From a virus (taxonomy: Duplodnaviria; Caudoviricetes): 64,000 nt of DNA. The translations under genes were made by a program, and so were the position numbers. The notes under the pieces were generated by a model. It was given only the letters and a program-made list of their open reading frames with translations, was not told where the DNA came from and ran no database searches. The stretch lies in the IMG/VR virus record IMGVR_UViG_3300046725_000049, positions 5,088-69,087 of that record; one strand, 5' to 3'. Positions 27,390 through 37,030 of this stretch are shown here, piece by piece. Each line of letters starts with the position of its first letter. The first letter of the stretch is position 1.

Positions 27390-29267
27390 ATGCCCACCAG
27401 CAACTCCCTGCCCTTCGTCGTCAAATCCGCCCCCGCCCTCCAGGAAACCGGGTGGGAGATCACCGTCCGCGACGGCATCACCTACCAGCAGGTCGGCGGC
27501 TCCGACGCGGTCATCACCGACTTCGTGTCGCTGTCTATCGCACCGGAGCTAAACGCCCCTGGTGCTGGTTCCATCACGATGAACCTGGACAGCCCGATGT
27601 GGTCGACCCTGCTGGCCAACGGGCAAGACCCCCGCGAATGGCTAAATGCATTCGAGCACCTATGGGAGGTGTGGCAGGACGGCGTCGTGCGCTTCCAGTT
27701 TCTGGGCACCAACGTCGATGAGCGCTACATCGAGGATGACGAGTCCCGCCAGATCACCATTTCCGGCCCTGGCATCGCCCACATGCTGAGCTGGGCCTGC
27801 GTCCTGCCGCCCGGCTATCCGCCCACCCAGGAGGAGCCACCCGCCGGGCTGGAAGACCCCAGGACCCTCAAGTACATCCCCCGCTATCCTATCGACTGGC
27901 CGGCGATGCGGATCTGGCTCGACCAGTTGCGCCGCGCGCAGGCGCGCGGCACCCTGCCGTGGATCTCGGTGTCGTTCACCGAATCAGCCGACTCCGGCGG
28001 CACCCCGTGGGAGGTGGTGCAAACCCCGGCAGAGGTCGCCGACCCGGCCACCGGCATTCAGTTGGATCTGGGCACCAACCTGCTCGACCTGCTGGGCGTG
28101 CACACCGGGCAGGATCTGACCCGCCAGTTCGCCGAACGCGTCGAGTGGTACATGCGCCCATGGTTTTGGCTCGACGTCCAGAAGACCATCGGCGTGCACC
28201 GGGAAAACGCCGTCGTGTTCTACGAGGGCGGCATCACCACCCTGGAACGCAGCCGTTCCCGCGACGACGTCGCCAACTACGTCGTCACCATCGACGAGAA
28301 CGGCAGCACCTCCTTCGCGTATGACACCGACTCCATCTCCCGGTGGAACCAACGCGAGCAGCTCAACACCCAGAACCGCAACGTCACCGACTCATCGCGC
28401 CGGCAGGCGCTGACTCACCTCTACCTCGACTTGCACAAGGACGAGAAAGACCAGTGGACCATCCAGGTCCCCTACGACCAGGCCAACCGTGTCCCGTTCA
28501 TCGACTACGACATCGGCGACTGGATCGGTGTGTGCCGCTTCAACCCGACCGGCACCTCCACCCCGAGCATCTACCGGGTCATATCGATCGTCGTGCACGT
28601 CGAAGGTGAACAGACCACCGTCGAGCTGACGCTGCGCACGGCACTGCAAGCACTCCAGATGTCCCTGCAAAGCCAGCTCACATCCCTGATCAACGGCCTG
28701 GCCAGCGGGGTCAACACCCCACCGTCGAACGTCGTCTCAACGGTCTCCACCGACGCCGGGGTCTCCCTATGGTCCACCTCCAAGGGCGACCAGGTCATCG
28801 GCCTACCCGAACTGGTCAAGAACCTCGAAACTCAGGGTCTTTCCACCAGCAAGATGCTCTCGGCCACCATCTCCAGCGGCCTCACCTACAACCTGACCGG
28901 CGATCAGAGCGTGACACCCCTGCACCTGACTCTGGAACCAGGACGGTGGCTGGTCACCCTTGACGCCGGCTACGATAGCGACTTTCCGCTGCTGATCCGC
29001 TGGGCTATCACCGCTACCACGGGATTCACCGCCCACCGGGTCCTGGCCAACACGCTGGCGCTGTCCGGCGCGTGCTACTACGCGGCCTGGAACGAGAACG
29101 CCGCCTACCCGCAAACAGACGCCTACCTCGACCTGGCGTTGACCGAACGCATGTGGCTCAACGTCAGCGGCACAGGCACGATCACCCCCGTCTTCGGGAT
29201 GGGCGTCACCGGCGACCTGCATCTGCTTGCCGGCACAACCCTCGCCGCGATCAACTCCCGCGCATGA
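27390..29267 (+). CDS. Baseplate hub/Tal-like minor tail protein
   Basis: LNAPGAGSITMNLD...SGPG, DYDIGDWI motifs typical of siphovirus hub proteins; 625 aa. Confidence 0.7.
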   Translation: MPTSNSLPFVVKSAPALQETGWEITVRDGITYQQVGGSDAVITDFVSLSIAPELNAPGAGSITMNLDSPMWSTLLANGQDPREWLNAFEHLWEVWQDGVVRFQFLGTNVDERYIEDDESRQITISGPGIAHMLSWACVLPPGYPPTQEEPPAGLEDPRTLKYIPRYPIDWPAMRIWLDQLRRAQARGTLPWISVSFTESADSGGTPWEVVQTPAEVADPATGIQLDLGTNLLDLLGVHTGQDLTRQFAERVEWYMRPWFWLDVQKTIGVHRENAVVFYEGGITTLERSRSRDDVANYVVTIDENGSTSFAYDTDSISRWNQREQLNTQNRNVTDSSRRQALTHLYLDLHKDEKDQWTIQVPYDQANRVPFIDYDIGDWIGVCRFNPTGTSTPSIYRVISIVVHVEGEQTTVELTLRTALQALQMSLQSQLTSLINGLASGVNTPPSNVVSTVSTDAGVSLWSTSKGDQVIGLPELVKNLETQGLSTSKMLSATISSGLTYNLTGDQSVTPLHLTLEPGRWLVTLDAGYDSDFPLLIRWAITATTGFTAHRVLANTLALSGACYYAAWNENAAYPQTDAYLDLALTERMWLNVSGTGTITPVFGMGVTGDLHLLAGTTLAAINSRA

Positions 29268-29824
29268 CACCCGCACACGCGCTGGTCATCAGCCTTCCCC
29301 GTCGACCGGAGCGGCTCGACGCCTTTCGCGCCCGTTGGGACGCGCTGGCCCTCGACATCCCCTTGGACGTGATTCCCGGCGTCGACACCGGCAGCGATAT
29401 GGGCTGCCTGCACGCTCACCAGGCCGCGCTGCGGGCCGGCTTTCCACCACCTGTGCTCGTCTTGGAAGATGATGCCGTATTTGCCCCCGGACTCAGCCTC
29501 ACCCTCGATCCCCCCAAGGACTGGGAACTACTGTGGCTGGGGGGCTGGCACCGATTCCCGCCGGCATCCGTCACCGGGTCCTGGCATCGTCCGGTCAATA
29601 TGTGGGGCACTCACGGTTACATCGTCCGGGAACCCGCTAGATTTGGCGCGGCGCTTCAGGATGCGGCTGGTGTCAAAACCCCCGGCACCCGAGGCACGGC
29701 ACTGAACACGGCACCCCTGACTCAATACGTTCACGTGCCGCACCTCGTCGGACAGGCCGCCGGGCACAGCGACATCAGCGGTGTCGACTGGCCTGTAGAC
29801 CGGTTCTGGCAGCCAGCCGAATGA
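29264..29824 (+). CDS. Glycosyltransferase family 25-like
   Basis: VISLPRRPERL...GCLHAH...VLVLEDDA...LLWLG...GTHGYIV; ATG overlaps the upstream stop. Confidence 0.85.
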   Translation: MTPAHALVISLPRRPERLDAFRARWDALALDIPLDVIPGVDTGSDMGCLHAHQAALRAGFPPPVLVLEDDAVFAPGLSLTLDPPKDWELLWLGGWHRFPPASVTGSWHRPVNMWGTHGYIVREPARFGAALQDAAGVKTPGTRGTALNTAPLTQYVHVPHLVGQAAGHSDISGVDWPVDRFWQPAE

Positions 29825-29896
29825 CCGACCGCTAGATAACCGCCCACCACCCCGGGTAGTAATGAATAGGTGGCCTTGACAAAACGGGGGTTCAAG

Positions 29897-30268
29897 GTGG
29901 AGTTCGTTCCGGTCGTCGCCATGCTCGCGCTGATCGTCAAGTTCGTCGACTTTCTGCGCTACGCCAAGGCACGAGACATCAACGGTGTCGTCACCCAGCT
30001 CATCGTCTGGGCATCCGGCGTCGGTGGGCTGCTGCTCGTCGCGCAGACCCAATGGGCCGGCATGATCAGCGTGGCCGGTACGCCGCTGTCGCGGCTAAGT
30101 TTCTGGTCTCTGGTTTTCGCCGGGCTGAGTGTGTCCTCGGGCGCTTCGCTGGTGAAGGACACACTCAAGAGCGTCGACAACAAGAACACCTCCGCCATCC
30201 CCACCCTGCTGCCGCCGGGGCCGGCGAACCCGCCGGGCTCGACACCACCGGCGAATCCCGCCGGGTGA
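29897..30268 (+). CDS. Probable holin
   Basis: Three hydrophobic helices, end of the tail operon; alternative start 29870. Confidence 0.6.
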   Translation: MEFVPVVAMLALIVKFVDFLRYAKARDINGVVTQLIVWASGVGGLLLVAQTQWAGMISVAGTPLSRLSFWSLVFAGLSVSSGASLVKDTLKSVDNKNTSAIPTLLPPGPANPPGSTPPANPAG

Positions 30269-30306
30269 ACCAGACCGGCCACTTGCACGGTCGATTCGGG
30301 GTAGGT

Positions 30307-30714
30307 GTGGCTGAACCAACTCGCAGAACACGACGCATCCGCAGCGTCGATGTCACAACGTTCGCCGATGAAGTGGCCGACGCCCTACGCGCGTTCGGCC
30401 ACGACGTGTCCTACGCGGTGTCCATGGCCCGCGCCGCCGTAGCCATCGAAAGTAAACGCCGGGCCTGGGAAGCCCGCAAGGAAATACGCGCCGCCGAGGC
30501 CGCCGCCCGCATCGAATGCGCCAGCCACGACTTCCACTGCCACGCGCAGGCCCCCTGCGGTGTGGGCGACTGCAAGTTCGCCCAGGGCGAACTGAGTCAG
30601 CTTCACGTCAACGCCGGTAGCGGAAAGGTCATTCGGCCACAGCGCCACGACACCGCCGACTACAGCATCGAATCGGCCGTCGCCGCCCTCCTCGAACATC
30701 GAAAGGCCGCTTAG
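30307..30714 (+). CDS. Hypothetical protein with Cys/His cluster
   Basis: GTG 30307; CASHDFHCHAQAPCGVGDC. Confidence 0.55.
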   Translation: MAEPTRRTRRIRSVDVTTFADEVADALRAFGHDVSYAVSMARAAVAIESKRRAWEARKEIRAAEAAARIECASHDFHCHAQAPCGVGDCKFAQGELSQLHVNAGSGKVIRPQRHDTADYSIESAVAALLEHRKAA

Positions 30715-30790
30715 CCGGCGAAACCCCGAAGCAAAACCCTGACCAGTTCCCGGTAGATGCCAGTAACGGCATCAACACGCGGGGGATCGG

Positions 30791-33505
30791 TTGCTGGTCG
30801 ACGTACGCGCCCTACCCAGGGACACACGGCTGGCAGCGGCCGAGCGGATCCGCACCGCCAGCGACTTCACCCTGCCTGAGCTGGAATGGTTCAACACCCA
30901 ACCCTGCCAGCGGCACACCTCCCTGGAGGAGGGCATCGCCCAGGTGCCCCCCTGCCGGCGCTGCGGCATCCGCTTCCGCAAGCATCAACGCGTCGGGATC
31001 GCCTGGTTGTTCATGCGCGGCCGGGGGCTGATCGCAGACCAGGTCGGACCACAACCTCTGCACGCTCAGGTGCTCACCCCGACCGGCTACCGCCGGATGG
31101 GCGATCTGAGCGTTGGCGACGCGGTTATCGACCCGGACGGGCAGACCAGCGCGATCACCGGGGTCTACCCCCAGGGGGAGCAGAGCGTTTACCGGATCAC
31201 TTTCTCTGATGGCACCTGGGCTGAATCGACCCTCAACCATCTATGGAAGATTCGTGGCCCGATCGAGCCCTACCGGACCCGGGTCGGCCGCGAGTACCGC
31301 GACGGCGAAGTCTGGCACGTGCGGACACTCGATGAGATCAGCCGACGAGCGAAATCTTCGGCTGTTCCGTTGATCGCGCAGCCGCCCGACTTCGCTGAGG
31401 CCGATCTGCCGCTCGACCCGTACTTGCTCGGTCTGCTCCTGGGCGACGGATGTCTCAGCCGGAATACCCCACAGTTCCTGTCCGCCGACCTAGAGCTTCT
31501 GAATGCAGCTCAGCATCTCCGGCCCACGGGGTGGGGCTGGAGCTACGCCGGACATCGGACCGGATGTGAAATCTACTCCTTTCCGGGTGGTGCATCGATC
31601 CTCCGAGACCTCGGTCTCTACCGGCACCGGGCTTGGAACAAGTTCGTACCCCAGCAGTACAAGTGGGCCTCAGCTAAGACGCGCTTGGCAGTGCTCCAGG
31701 GGCTTATGGATACCGATGGCAACTGGGCTTCCGGTTCGGTCGAGTTCGCCTCGACATCGCCGCAGCTCGCCCAGGACGTGGCTGACCTTGCTCGGTCGCT
31801 CGGCCTGCGTACCTCTGGGCCACACCCCCGTGAGACCTTCTACACCTACCAAGGTGAGCGCAAGGCGGGCCGGACCGCGTATCGCGTTTGTATCGCGGAG
31901 ACCGACGAAATCCGGGTCTTCCGGTTGGATCGGAAGCTGCGTCCGCAGCCGCGCCGTCGGTTGCGCGGCGACTTGACGAATGCTGGTGCCCGGCAGGGCT
32001 GGCGACGTGACCAGCGGGTCAAGTGGATCAGGAAGATCGAACACATCGGGCAGATGCCGGTGCAGTGCATCTCCGTTTCCGCGCCGTCGCAGCTCTACGT
32101 CACCGACAACTGGACGGTCACTCACAACACCGGTAAAACCGGGCAGGCCGCCGGGCTGTTGGCCTGCTGCAAGCAGGTAGGTGAACTCGACGAGCACCGC
32201 GCCGTGGTCATCGTGCGGCCCTCCGCGCTGCCGCAGTGGTACACCGAGCTGCAACGCTTCCTGCCCAAGCTGGCCATCGGCACCGCCACCGGCACCCGCC
32301 AGCAACGCATCGAGCGCTACCTGTCCCCGTGGGACATCCTGCTCACCGGCTACCAGATGTTCGTGCGGGACCGGGAGCTGATCGAGAACTTCCCCGTCGG
32401 GACGCTGATCGTCGATGACGTGGACGCCCTGCGCAACCCGACCAACCAGACCGCTTATGCCATCAAGCGGCTGGCTCGTTCCTGCTCCCGGGTCGTCCTG
32501 CTGACCGGCACCCCGTTGCAGAAGCGGCTACACGAGCTGCACTCCGTGCTGGAACCGGTGGGTGGTAACGAGGTCTTCGGCACCGCCACCGCCTTTCGGC
32601 TGCGCTACGTCCGTGAAGAACTCGTCAGCGTGTACAACCCGCACGCCGGTCGGCTGGTCAAGACCCGCAAATGCATCGGCTACAAGAACCTGGACGAGTT
32701 CAAGACGCTGATCGCCCCGTTCGCGCTGCGTCGAACCCCCGAAGACATCGACGACGTGGACCTACCGGTCATCAGCCCACCAAACAACATCTACCTCGAC
32801 CTGTATCCCGTCCAGGCGCAGCGCTACGCCGAACTCCGCAAGGGCGTCCTGAAGATCATCAGGAGTGAAGGCGCCACCGTCAAACGCGCTAAGGCCGCCG
32901 CCCAGTTCCTGTACGGGGCGAAGATCTGCGCTGGGCTGGCCACTCTCGGTGAACCGGACGGTCCCGCCACCAGCGTCAAACTCGACTGGATCGAGAACAT
33001 CCTGGTCGACGGCGACCTGTCGGATGAGAAGGTCGTCGTCTTCTGCCACTTCACCGACGCCGTCGCGGCCCTGGCCAAACGGCTGGCCGGCAACGGCATC
33101 GGTCACGAGGTCATCTGGGGTCGCGACAACAACAAGACCAACCGTGCCCGCGCCCAGGCCCGGTTCTGGGATGACCCCACCTGCCGCGTCCTGGTCGGCA
33201 CCGAGGCCATCGAACAGAGCCTCAACCTTCAGGTCTCCCGCCACCTCATCAACATGGATCAACTGATGAACCCGGCCAGGATGACCCAGCTCGCCGGCCG
33301 TATCCGCCGCGACGGCAGCTCATATAAGACCGTCTACATCCACAACCTGTTGGCCCGAGGCACCCAAGAGGAGGGCTACCTCGATGTCCTCGGCCGAGAA
33401 CAGGCCCTCGCAGATCACGTGTGGGGCGAGTCCAACCAGCTCTACGAGGCACTGAATCCCTTGGCCATGCTCCAGCTCATCGGCCGATCTGCGGGGTCTC
33501 GATGA
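30791..33505 (+). CDS. SNF2-family helicase containing an intein
   Basis: GLIADQVG|TGKT motif I split by the insert; LLTGTP, VVVFCHF, SLNLQ, QLAGRIRRDG; spliced product 544 aa. Confidence 0.9.
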   Translation: MLVDVRALPRDTRLAAAERIRTASDFTLPELEWFNTQPCQRHTSLEEGIAQVPPCRRCGIRFRKHQRVGIAWLFMRGRGLIADQVGPQPLHAQVLTPTGYRRMGDLSVGDAVIDPDGQTSAITGVYPQGEQSVYRITFSDGTWAESTLNHLWKIRGPIEPYRTRVGREYRDGEVWHVRTLDEISRRAKSSAVPLIAQPPDFAEADLPLDPYLLGLLLGDGCLSRNTPQFLSADLELLNAAQHLRPTGWGWSYAGHRTGCEIYSFPGGASILRDLGLYRHRAWNKFVPQQYKWASAKTRLAVLQGLMDTDGNWASGSVEFASTSPQLAQDVADLARSLGLRTSGPHPRETFYTYQGERKAGRTAYRVCIAETDEIRVFRLDRKLRPQPRRRLRGDLTNAGARQGWRRDQRVKWIRKIEHIGQMPVQCISVSAPSQLYVTDNWTVTHNTGKTGQAAGLLACCKQVGELDEHRAVVIVRPSALPQWYTELQRFLPKLAIGTATGTRQQRIERYLSPWDILLTGYQMFVRDRELIENFPVGTLIVDDVDALRNPTNQTAYAIKRLARSCSRVVLLTGTPLQKRLHELHSVLEPVGGNEVFGTATAFRLRYVREELVSVYNPHAGRLVKTRKCIGYKNLDEFKTLIAPFALRRTPEDIDDVDLPVISPPNNIYLDLYPVQAQRYAELRKGVLKIIRSEGATVKRAKAAAQFLYGAKICAGLATLGEPDGPATSVKLDWIENILVDGDLSDEKVVVFCHFTDAVAALAKRLAGNGIGHEVIWGRDNNKTNRARAQARFWDDPTCRVLVGTEAIEQSLNLQVSRHLINMDQLMNPARMTQLAGRIRRDGSSYKTVYIHNLLARGTQEEGYLDVLGREQALADHVWGESNQLYEALNPLAMLQLIGRSAGSR
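31049..32128 (+). mobile_element. Intein (360 aa), class-3 signature, with LAGLIDADG homing endonuclease
   Basis: Starts PQPLHAQVLTP, ends TVTHN/T; block B STLNHLW, block F VQCI; LGLLLGDG and LQGLMDTDG motifs; more A/T-ending codons than the flanks. Confidence 0.95.
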
Positions 33506-33810
33506 CCCAACCACCAGACCCGCGCGGGGTGCTGGCCATCCGGCTGGCCGCCAACGAATCCGGCGCCGAAACCATCCGCGACTACCTGTGCGAGCTGCTG
33601 AGGCGGCTGTGGGCGGAGGGTTCTGAGTTCAGCGCCAAGCGACCCTTCGGCGATTCCGACTGGCAATGGTGCGTCGCCGACGCCCTGGTTCGGGAAGGGC
33701 TGGTCACCGGCCAGCGCGATCAGGACGGCGACCTGTACGAGGTGGACTGGACCGTCATTGACCGGCTGATGTCCGCCGCCATCCGCGTCATGTGTGAGGA
33801 GCATCAGTGA
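33502..33810 (+). CDS. Phage hypothetical protein
   Basis: TIRDYLCELLRRLWAEG..FSAKRPFGDSDW; coupled start. Confidence 0.65.
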   Translation: MTQPPDPRGVLAIRLAANESGAETIRDYLCELLRRLWAEGSEFSAKRPFGDSDWQWCVADALVREGLVTGQRDQDGDLYEVDWTVIDRLMSAAIRVMCEEHQ

Positions 33811-34121
33811 GCAACACCGATCACCGCCACACCGAGCCGATTCGCCAGACCAGCGCGCCGTGTCAGGTCCACGAGCGGCACGTCCCGCCCACGCACATCA
33901 ATGAACACCACCACGTGTGGCCCAAGGGCGACGGCGGGCCGGACATCCCGGAGAACGTCATCACGGTGTGCGCCTCCGGGCACAACTCCATCCACCTGCT
34001 CATCGACCTGTTCAAGACCAACCAGGGGCACATCCCCTACTCGGAGTTGCGCACCTTCGCCTACGCCGAACGCCGCTTCGCCAAGCTCGGCTACGACCGC
34101 ATCACCCGGGGCGCGATGTGA
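33807..34121 (+). CDS. HNH-like endonuclease
   Basis: HHVWPKGDGGPDIPENVITVCASGHNSIH. Confidence 0.8.
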   Translation: MSNTDHRHTEPIRQTSAPCQVHERHVPPTHINEHHHVWPKGDGGPDIPENVITVCASGHNSIHLLIDLFKTNQGHIPYSELRTFAYAERRFAKLGYDRITRGAM

Positions 34122-34213
34122 ACGGCGGAGACCTGATGCTCGTCGGCGGCCTGATGATGTTCGTCGGCGGGATCATCTTCGTCGTAGCGATGACCAGCGG
34201 GCGGGGTCGATAG
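34118..34213 (+). CDS. 31-aa membrane peptide
   Basis: GTGA overlap with the upstream stop, hydrophobic LMLVGGLMMFVGGIIFVVAM, ends directly before the sigma start. Confidence 0.5.
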   Translation: MNGGDLMLVGGLMMFVGGIIFVVAMTSGRGR

Positions 34214-34903
34214 GTGGACGCCCGGACGGAAGCAATGATTCGTGATCACATGGGTCTGGCGCAGTCACTGGCCCAGCAGGTGTGGCGCTCCGCTCCACAC
34301 GCCCTGGAGCTGGAGGAGCTGCGCGCGATTGCCCACCTCGGTCTGGTCGACGCCGCTGCCCGGTGGAGACCGTACTGCCACAAGAATCAATTCGACCCGG
34401 CCCGCATCGAATACTTCAAGCCCTACGTGGCCCGGCGGGTCTACGGCGAGCTGATGGACGAGATCCGCCGGCGGGACTACGCCTCCCGATCCCTGCGCAC
34501 CAAGGCCCGCGCCCTCCAGGAAGCCGGCCAGGACCGGGGCCTGTCCGAGGCGCAACTAGCCGAGCGCTCCGGGATGAGCATCAAGGAAGTCCGCGCCACC
34601 GTGCGCGGCATGGCGCAGCGTCCGGTCAGTCTGGAAGCCGAGGAGTTGGATCTGGACGCCCGCCAGGACGTGGAGTCCTGCGCCTTCACCTCCTCCGTGT
34701 TGGACAGCGTCGTGGTCGCCATCCGTGCCCTCGGTGAAGACCAGCAGGTCGTCATCGCCCTGCATTATTTCCGGGGCCTTCAGCTTCAGCAGATCGCCCG
34801 CGAGATGGGCATCACCGAATCCCACGCCTCCCAACTGCACGCGCATGCCGTGACGGCCGTGCATGCCGCGATGGTGTACGCCGCCCAAGCCAAGGATGAC
34901 TGA
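34214..34903 (+). CDS. RNA polymerase sigma factor, FliA/WhiG (sigma-28) family
   Basis: HLGLVDAA, RVYGELMDEIRRRDYASRSLRTKAR, VIALHYFRGLQLQQIAREMGITESHASQLH match sigma-28 regions 2-4. Confidence 0.9.
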   Translation: MDARTEAMIRDHMGLAQSLAQQVWRSAPHALELEELRAIAHLGLVDAAARWRPYCHKNQFDPARIEYFKPYVARRVYGELMDEIRRRDYASRSLRTKARALQEAGQDRGLSEAQLAERSGMSIKEVRATVRGMAQRPVSLEAEELDLDARQDVESCAFTSSVLDSVVVAIRALGEDQQVVIALHYFRGLQLQQIAREMGITESHASQLHAHAVTAVHAAMVYAAQAKDD

Positions 34904-35410
34904 ATGCTCAGCGACATCACCATCCGCAAGCTGGCCGCCGAGGGCCGGATCATCATCGACCCACCCCCGGCCGAGGAGGCGTATCAGCCCGCGTCGGTGG
35001 ACCTGCGACTGGGCCGTTCCTTCATCACCGAAGCCGGGCAAGAAGTCGAGATCCCGCGCACCGGCTTCAACGCCGTGCAACTCGGCCCGGGGGAGTGCCT
35101 GTTGGCCTGCACCCGCGAATGCGTCGGTGTGCCCGCTGACATCGTTGCCCGCGTCGAGGGAAAGTCGAGCTGGGGTCGTTGCTTCCTGATGATTCATTCC
35201 ACCGCCGGCTTCATCGACCCCGGCTTCCACGGACAGATCACCCTGGAGCTGAAAAACCTCAGCAAGAGCGTGATCGCGCTGCCGCTGGGCGCCTACATCG
35301 CCCAGATCTCCTTCCAGTACCTCGACCAGCCCGCCGGGCGCCCATACGGCAGTAAGGATCTGGGCTCCCGCTACCAAGGCCAGCGCGGTGCCACCCCGGC
35401 GAGGTTCTGA
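34904..35410 (+). CDS. dcd: dCTP deaminase
   Basis: QPASVDLRLG, VEGKSSWGR, HSTAGFIDPGFHGQITLEL. Confidence 0.95.
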   Translation: MLSDITIRKLAAEGRIIIDPPPAEEAYQPASVDLRLGRSFITEAGQEVEIPRTGFNAVQLGPGECLLACTRECVGVPADIVARVEGKSSWGRCFLMIHSTAGFIDPGFHGQITLELKNLSKSVIALPLGAYIAQISFQYLDQPAGRPYGSKDLGSRYQGQRGATPARF

Positions 35411-36102
35411 TGAACATCCTGCTGCAAGGCATCGTCGGATCCACCGCCTACGGCCTGGCCGGACCCGACTCCGACATCGACCGTCTCGGCCTGTACGCCG
35501 CGCCCACCGACGCCTTCCACGGGTTGCGCCTACCGATCGACAAGGCCGCCACCGTGTGCCGCAGCAAGCCCGACATCACCCTGCATGAGGCCCGCAAGTA
35601 CGCCCTGCTGGCGTTGGGCGCCAATCCCACCATCTCCGAACTGATGTGGTTGCCCGACGAGCTGTACGAGGTCCGCACCCCGTTGGGTGAGGAGCTGCTC
35701 GGCCTGCGTAGCGCGTTCCTGTCCGCCGGGAGGGTGCGGGACGCCTACTTCGGCTACGCCACCAGCCAGTTCCGTCGGCTGCTGAACACCGGGCAGTTCC
35801 AGTCCAAGATGCGCAAGCGTCAGTCCAAGCACGCTCGGCACCTGCTGCGACTACTCGACCAGGGATTGGAGCTATACGCCACCGGCCGGCTGACGATTCG
35901 GGTGCGCAACCCGCAGTGGTACCTCAAGCAGGGCGAGCACATCGCCGAGGATCCCGAACGCGCCCTCGCCGTGCTCGCCGACGCGCAGTCCCGCTTCGAG
36001 TCCCTTACTTCACCACTGCCTGAACGGCCCGACGAGGCCGCCGTCGAGCGTTGGCTGCGACGGGTCCGCGCCGCGCATCTGGAGGCCGACGATGCCGCTT
36101 AG
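35410..36102 (+). CDS. DNA polymerase beta-superfamily nucleotidyltransferase (RlaP/YcgL-like)
   Basis: GIVGSTAYGLAGPDSDID, ANPTISELMW, KHARHLLRLL. Confidence 0.85.
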   Translation: MNILLQGIVGSTAYGLAGPDSDIDRLGLYAAPTDAFHGLRLPIDKAATVCRSKPDITLHEARKYALLALGANPTISELMWLPDELYEVRTPLGEELLGLRSAFLSAGRVRDAYFGYATSQFRRLLNTGQFQSKMRKRQSKHARHLLRLLDQGLELYATGRLTIRVRNPQWYLKQGEHIAEDPERALAVLADAQSRFESLTSPLPERPDEAAVERWLRRVRAAHLEADDAA

Positions 36103-36445
36103 CCCCGAGGAGAAGGCCGCCGGCCGCGCCTTCCGCGACGAGATGCAGGTCGCCCTGCTGCGCAGCCACACCGCCGACCCACCCGACCATGTCGTGCCCA
36201 ACTTCATCGCCCTGTACCGGCACGCCTGCCCCCGACGCCAGGGCCGCTCCACCGCCCTGGAACTCAAGGAGCGCTACATCCCCTCCCCGCCCTACCCCGA
36301 CCACGGGGTACCCGCCGGCCGGTTCGCGTTCATCTACCGCGAAGGCGTCTGCCGGGGCTGCGGGCAGACCGCACGCAGCAAGGCCGGCCGATTAACTCTC
36401 GCGGAGGAGCGACCACCCCTCCATGGGCGTGTAGCGAGGAGTTAG
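36092..36445 (+). CDS. Hypothetical protein (Cys-containing)
   Basis: Coupled ORF, HAC...CRGCG. Confidence 0.65.
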   Translation: MPLSPEEKAAGRAFRDEMQVALLRSHTADPPDHVVPNFIALYRHACPRRQGRSTALELKERYIPSPPYPDHGVPAGRFAFIYREGVCRGCGQTARSKAGRLTLAEERPPLHGRVARS

Positions 36446-36447
36446 CG

Positions 36448-36636
36448 ATGACCGAGACCACGTACGGCCGCACCCGTCAAGCCGCCGACGACGGCCACGA
36501 GAGCACCTGGGGTGCCTCCGAGGAAATCAAGCGGGCCTGGGCGCAGGCCCACCCGGCTGCTCCGGTTGGCGAGCAGCTGCCCGCGCAGGCGCCGAGCCAG
36601 CCCGGCCCGACTTACAAGAACCCCAACGCCGCGTAA
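36448..36636 (+). CDS. Hypothetical protein, 62 aa
   Basis: RBS GAGGAG before ATG. Confidence 0.6.
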   Translation: MTETTYGRTRQAADDGHESTWGASEEIKRAWAQAHPAAPVGEQLPAQAPSQPGPTYKNPNAA

Positions 36637-36664
36637 CTGGCACGTCCGTTAGGGAGGCATTGAA

Positions 36665-37030
36665 GTGAAGGAATACCCAGGTGTCAGCCGGCTCCCGGTG
36701 CCCAACCTCCCTAGCGGACGTGTCCAGCGCAAGGTCCCCGCCCCGTTCACCCGGCCCAGCATCAGCATCGGCACCGCGATCCAGGAACGCCGGCAGTGGC
36801 GCACCGTCCCCGCGCACGCCATCACGCAGGGCGACACAATCCCGGGCCTGGGCACGGTCTGCGAGGTCGTCGAAGAGGTCAAGCAGTACCGCGCTGACCA
36901 GCTCGGTCGGGGGATCGGGATGAAGCCTCGGGTGCTCTGGACGGTGACCGTCGCTGCCGGGGATGGCAACGAGCGCGTCTACGCCGGTGAGGAACAGGTG
37001 TGGTGCTTCACCAAGCCTGACTGTGGATGA
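36665..37030 (+). CDS. Hypothetical protein
   Basis: RBS GGGAGG; beta-rich C-terminus. Confidence 0.6.
   Translation: MKEYPGVSRLPVPNLPSGRVQRKVPAPFTRPSISIGTAIQERRQWRTVPAHAITQGDTIPGLGTVCEVVEEVKQYRADQLGRGIGMKPRVLWTVTVAAGDGNERVYAGEEQVWCFTKPDCG

Noticed and set aside
11291-27393. CCGATG before genes at 11295, 12183, 25668 and 27390 as further promoter hits
   Set aside because: The ATG is the start codon itself, so these cannot be -10 elements
34904-35410. dCTP deaminase as an anti-phage nucleotide-depletion system
   Set aside because: It is the dUTPase-fold Dcd in a phage replication operon, not the zinc CMP/dCMP-deaminase type used in defence
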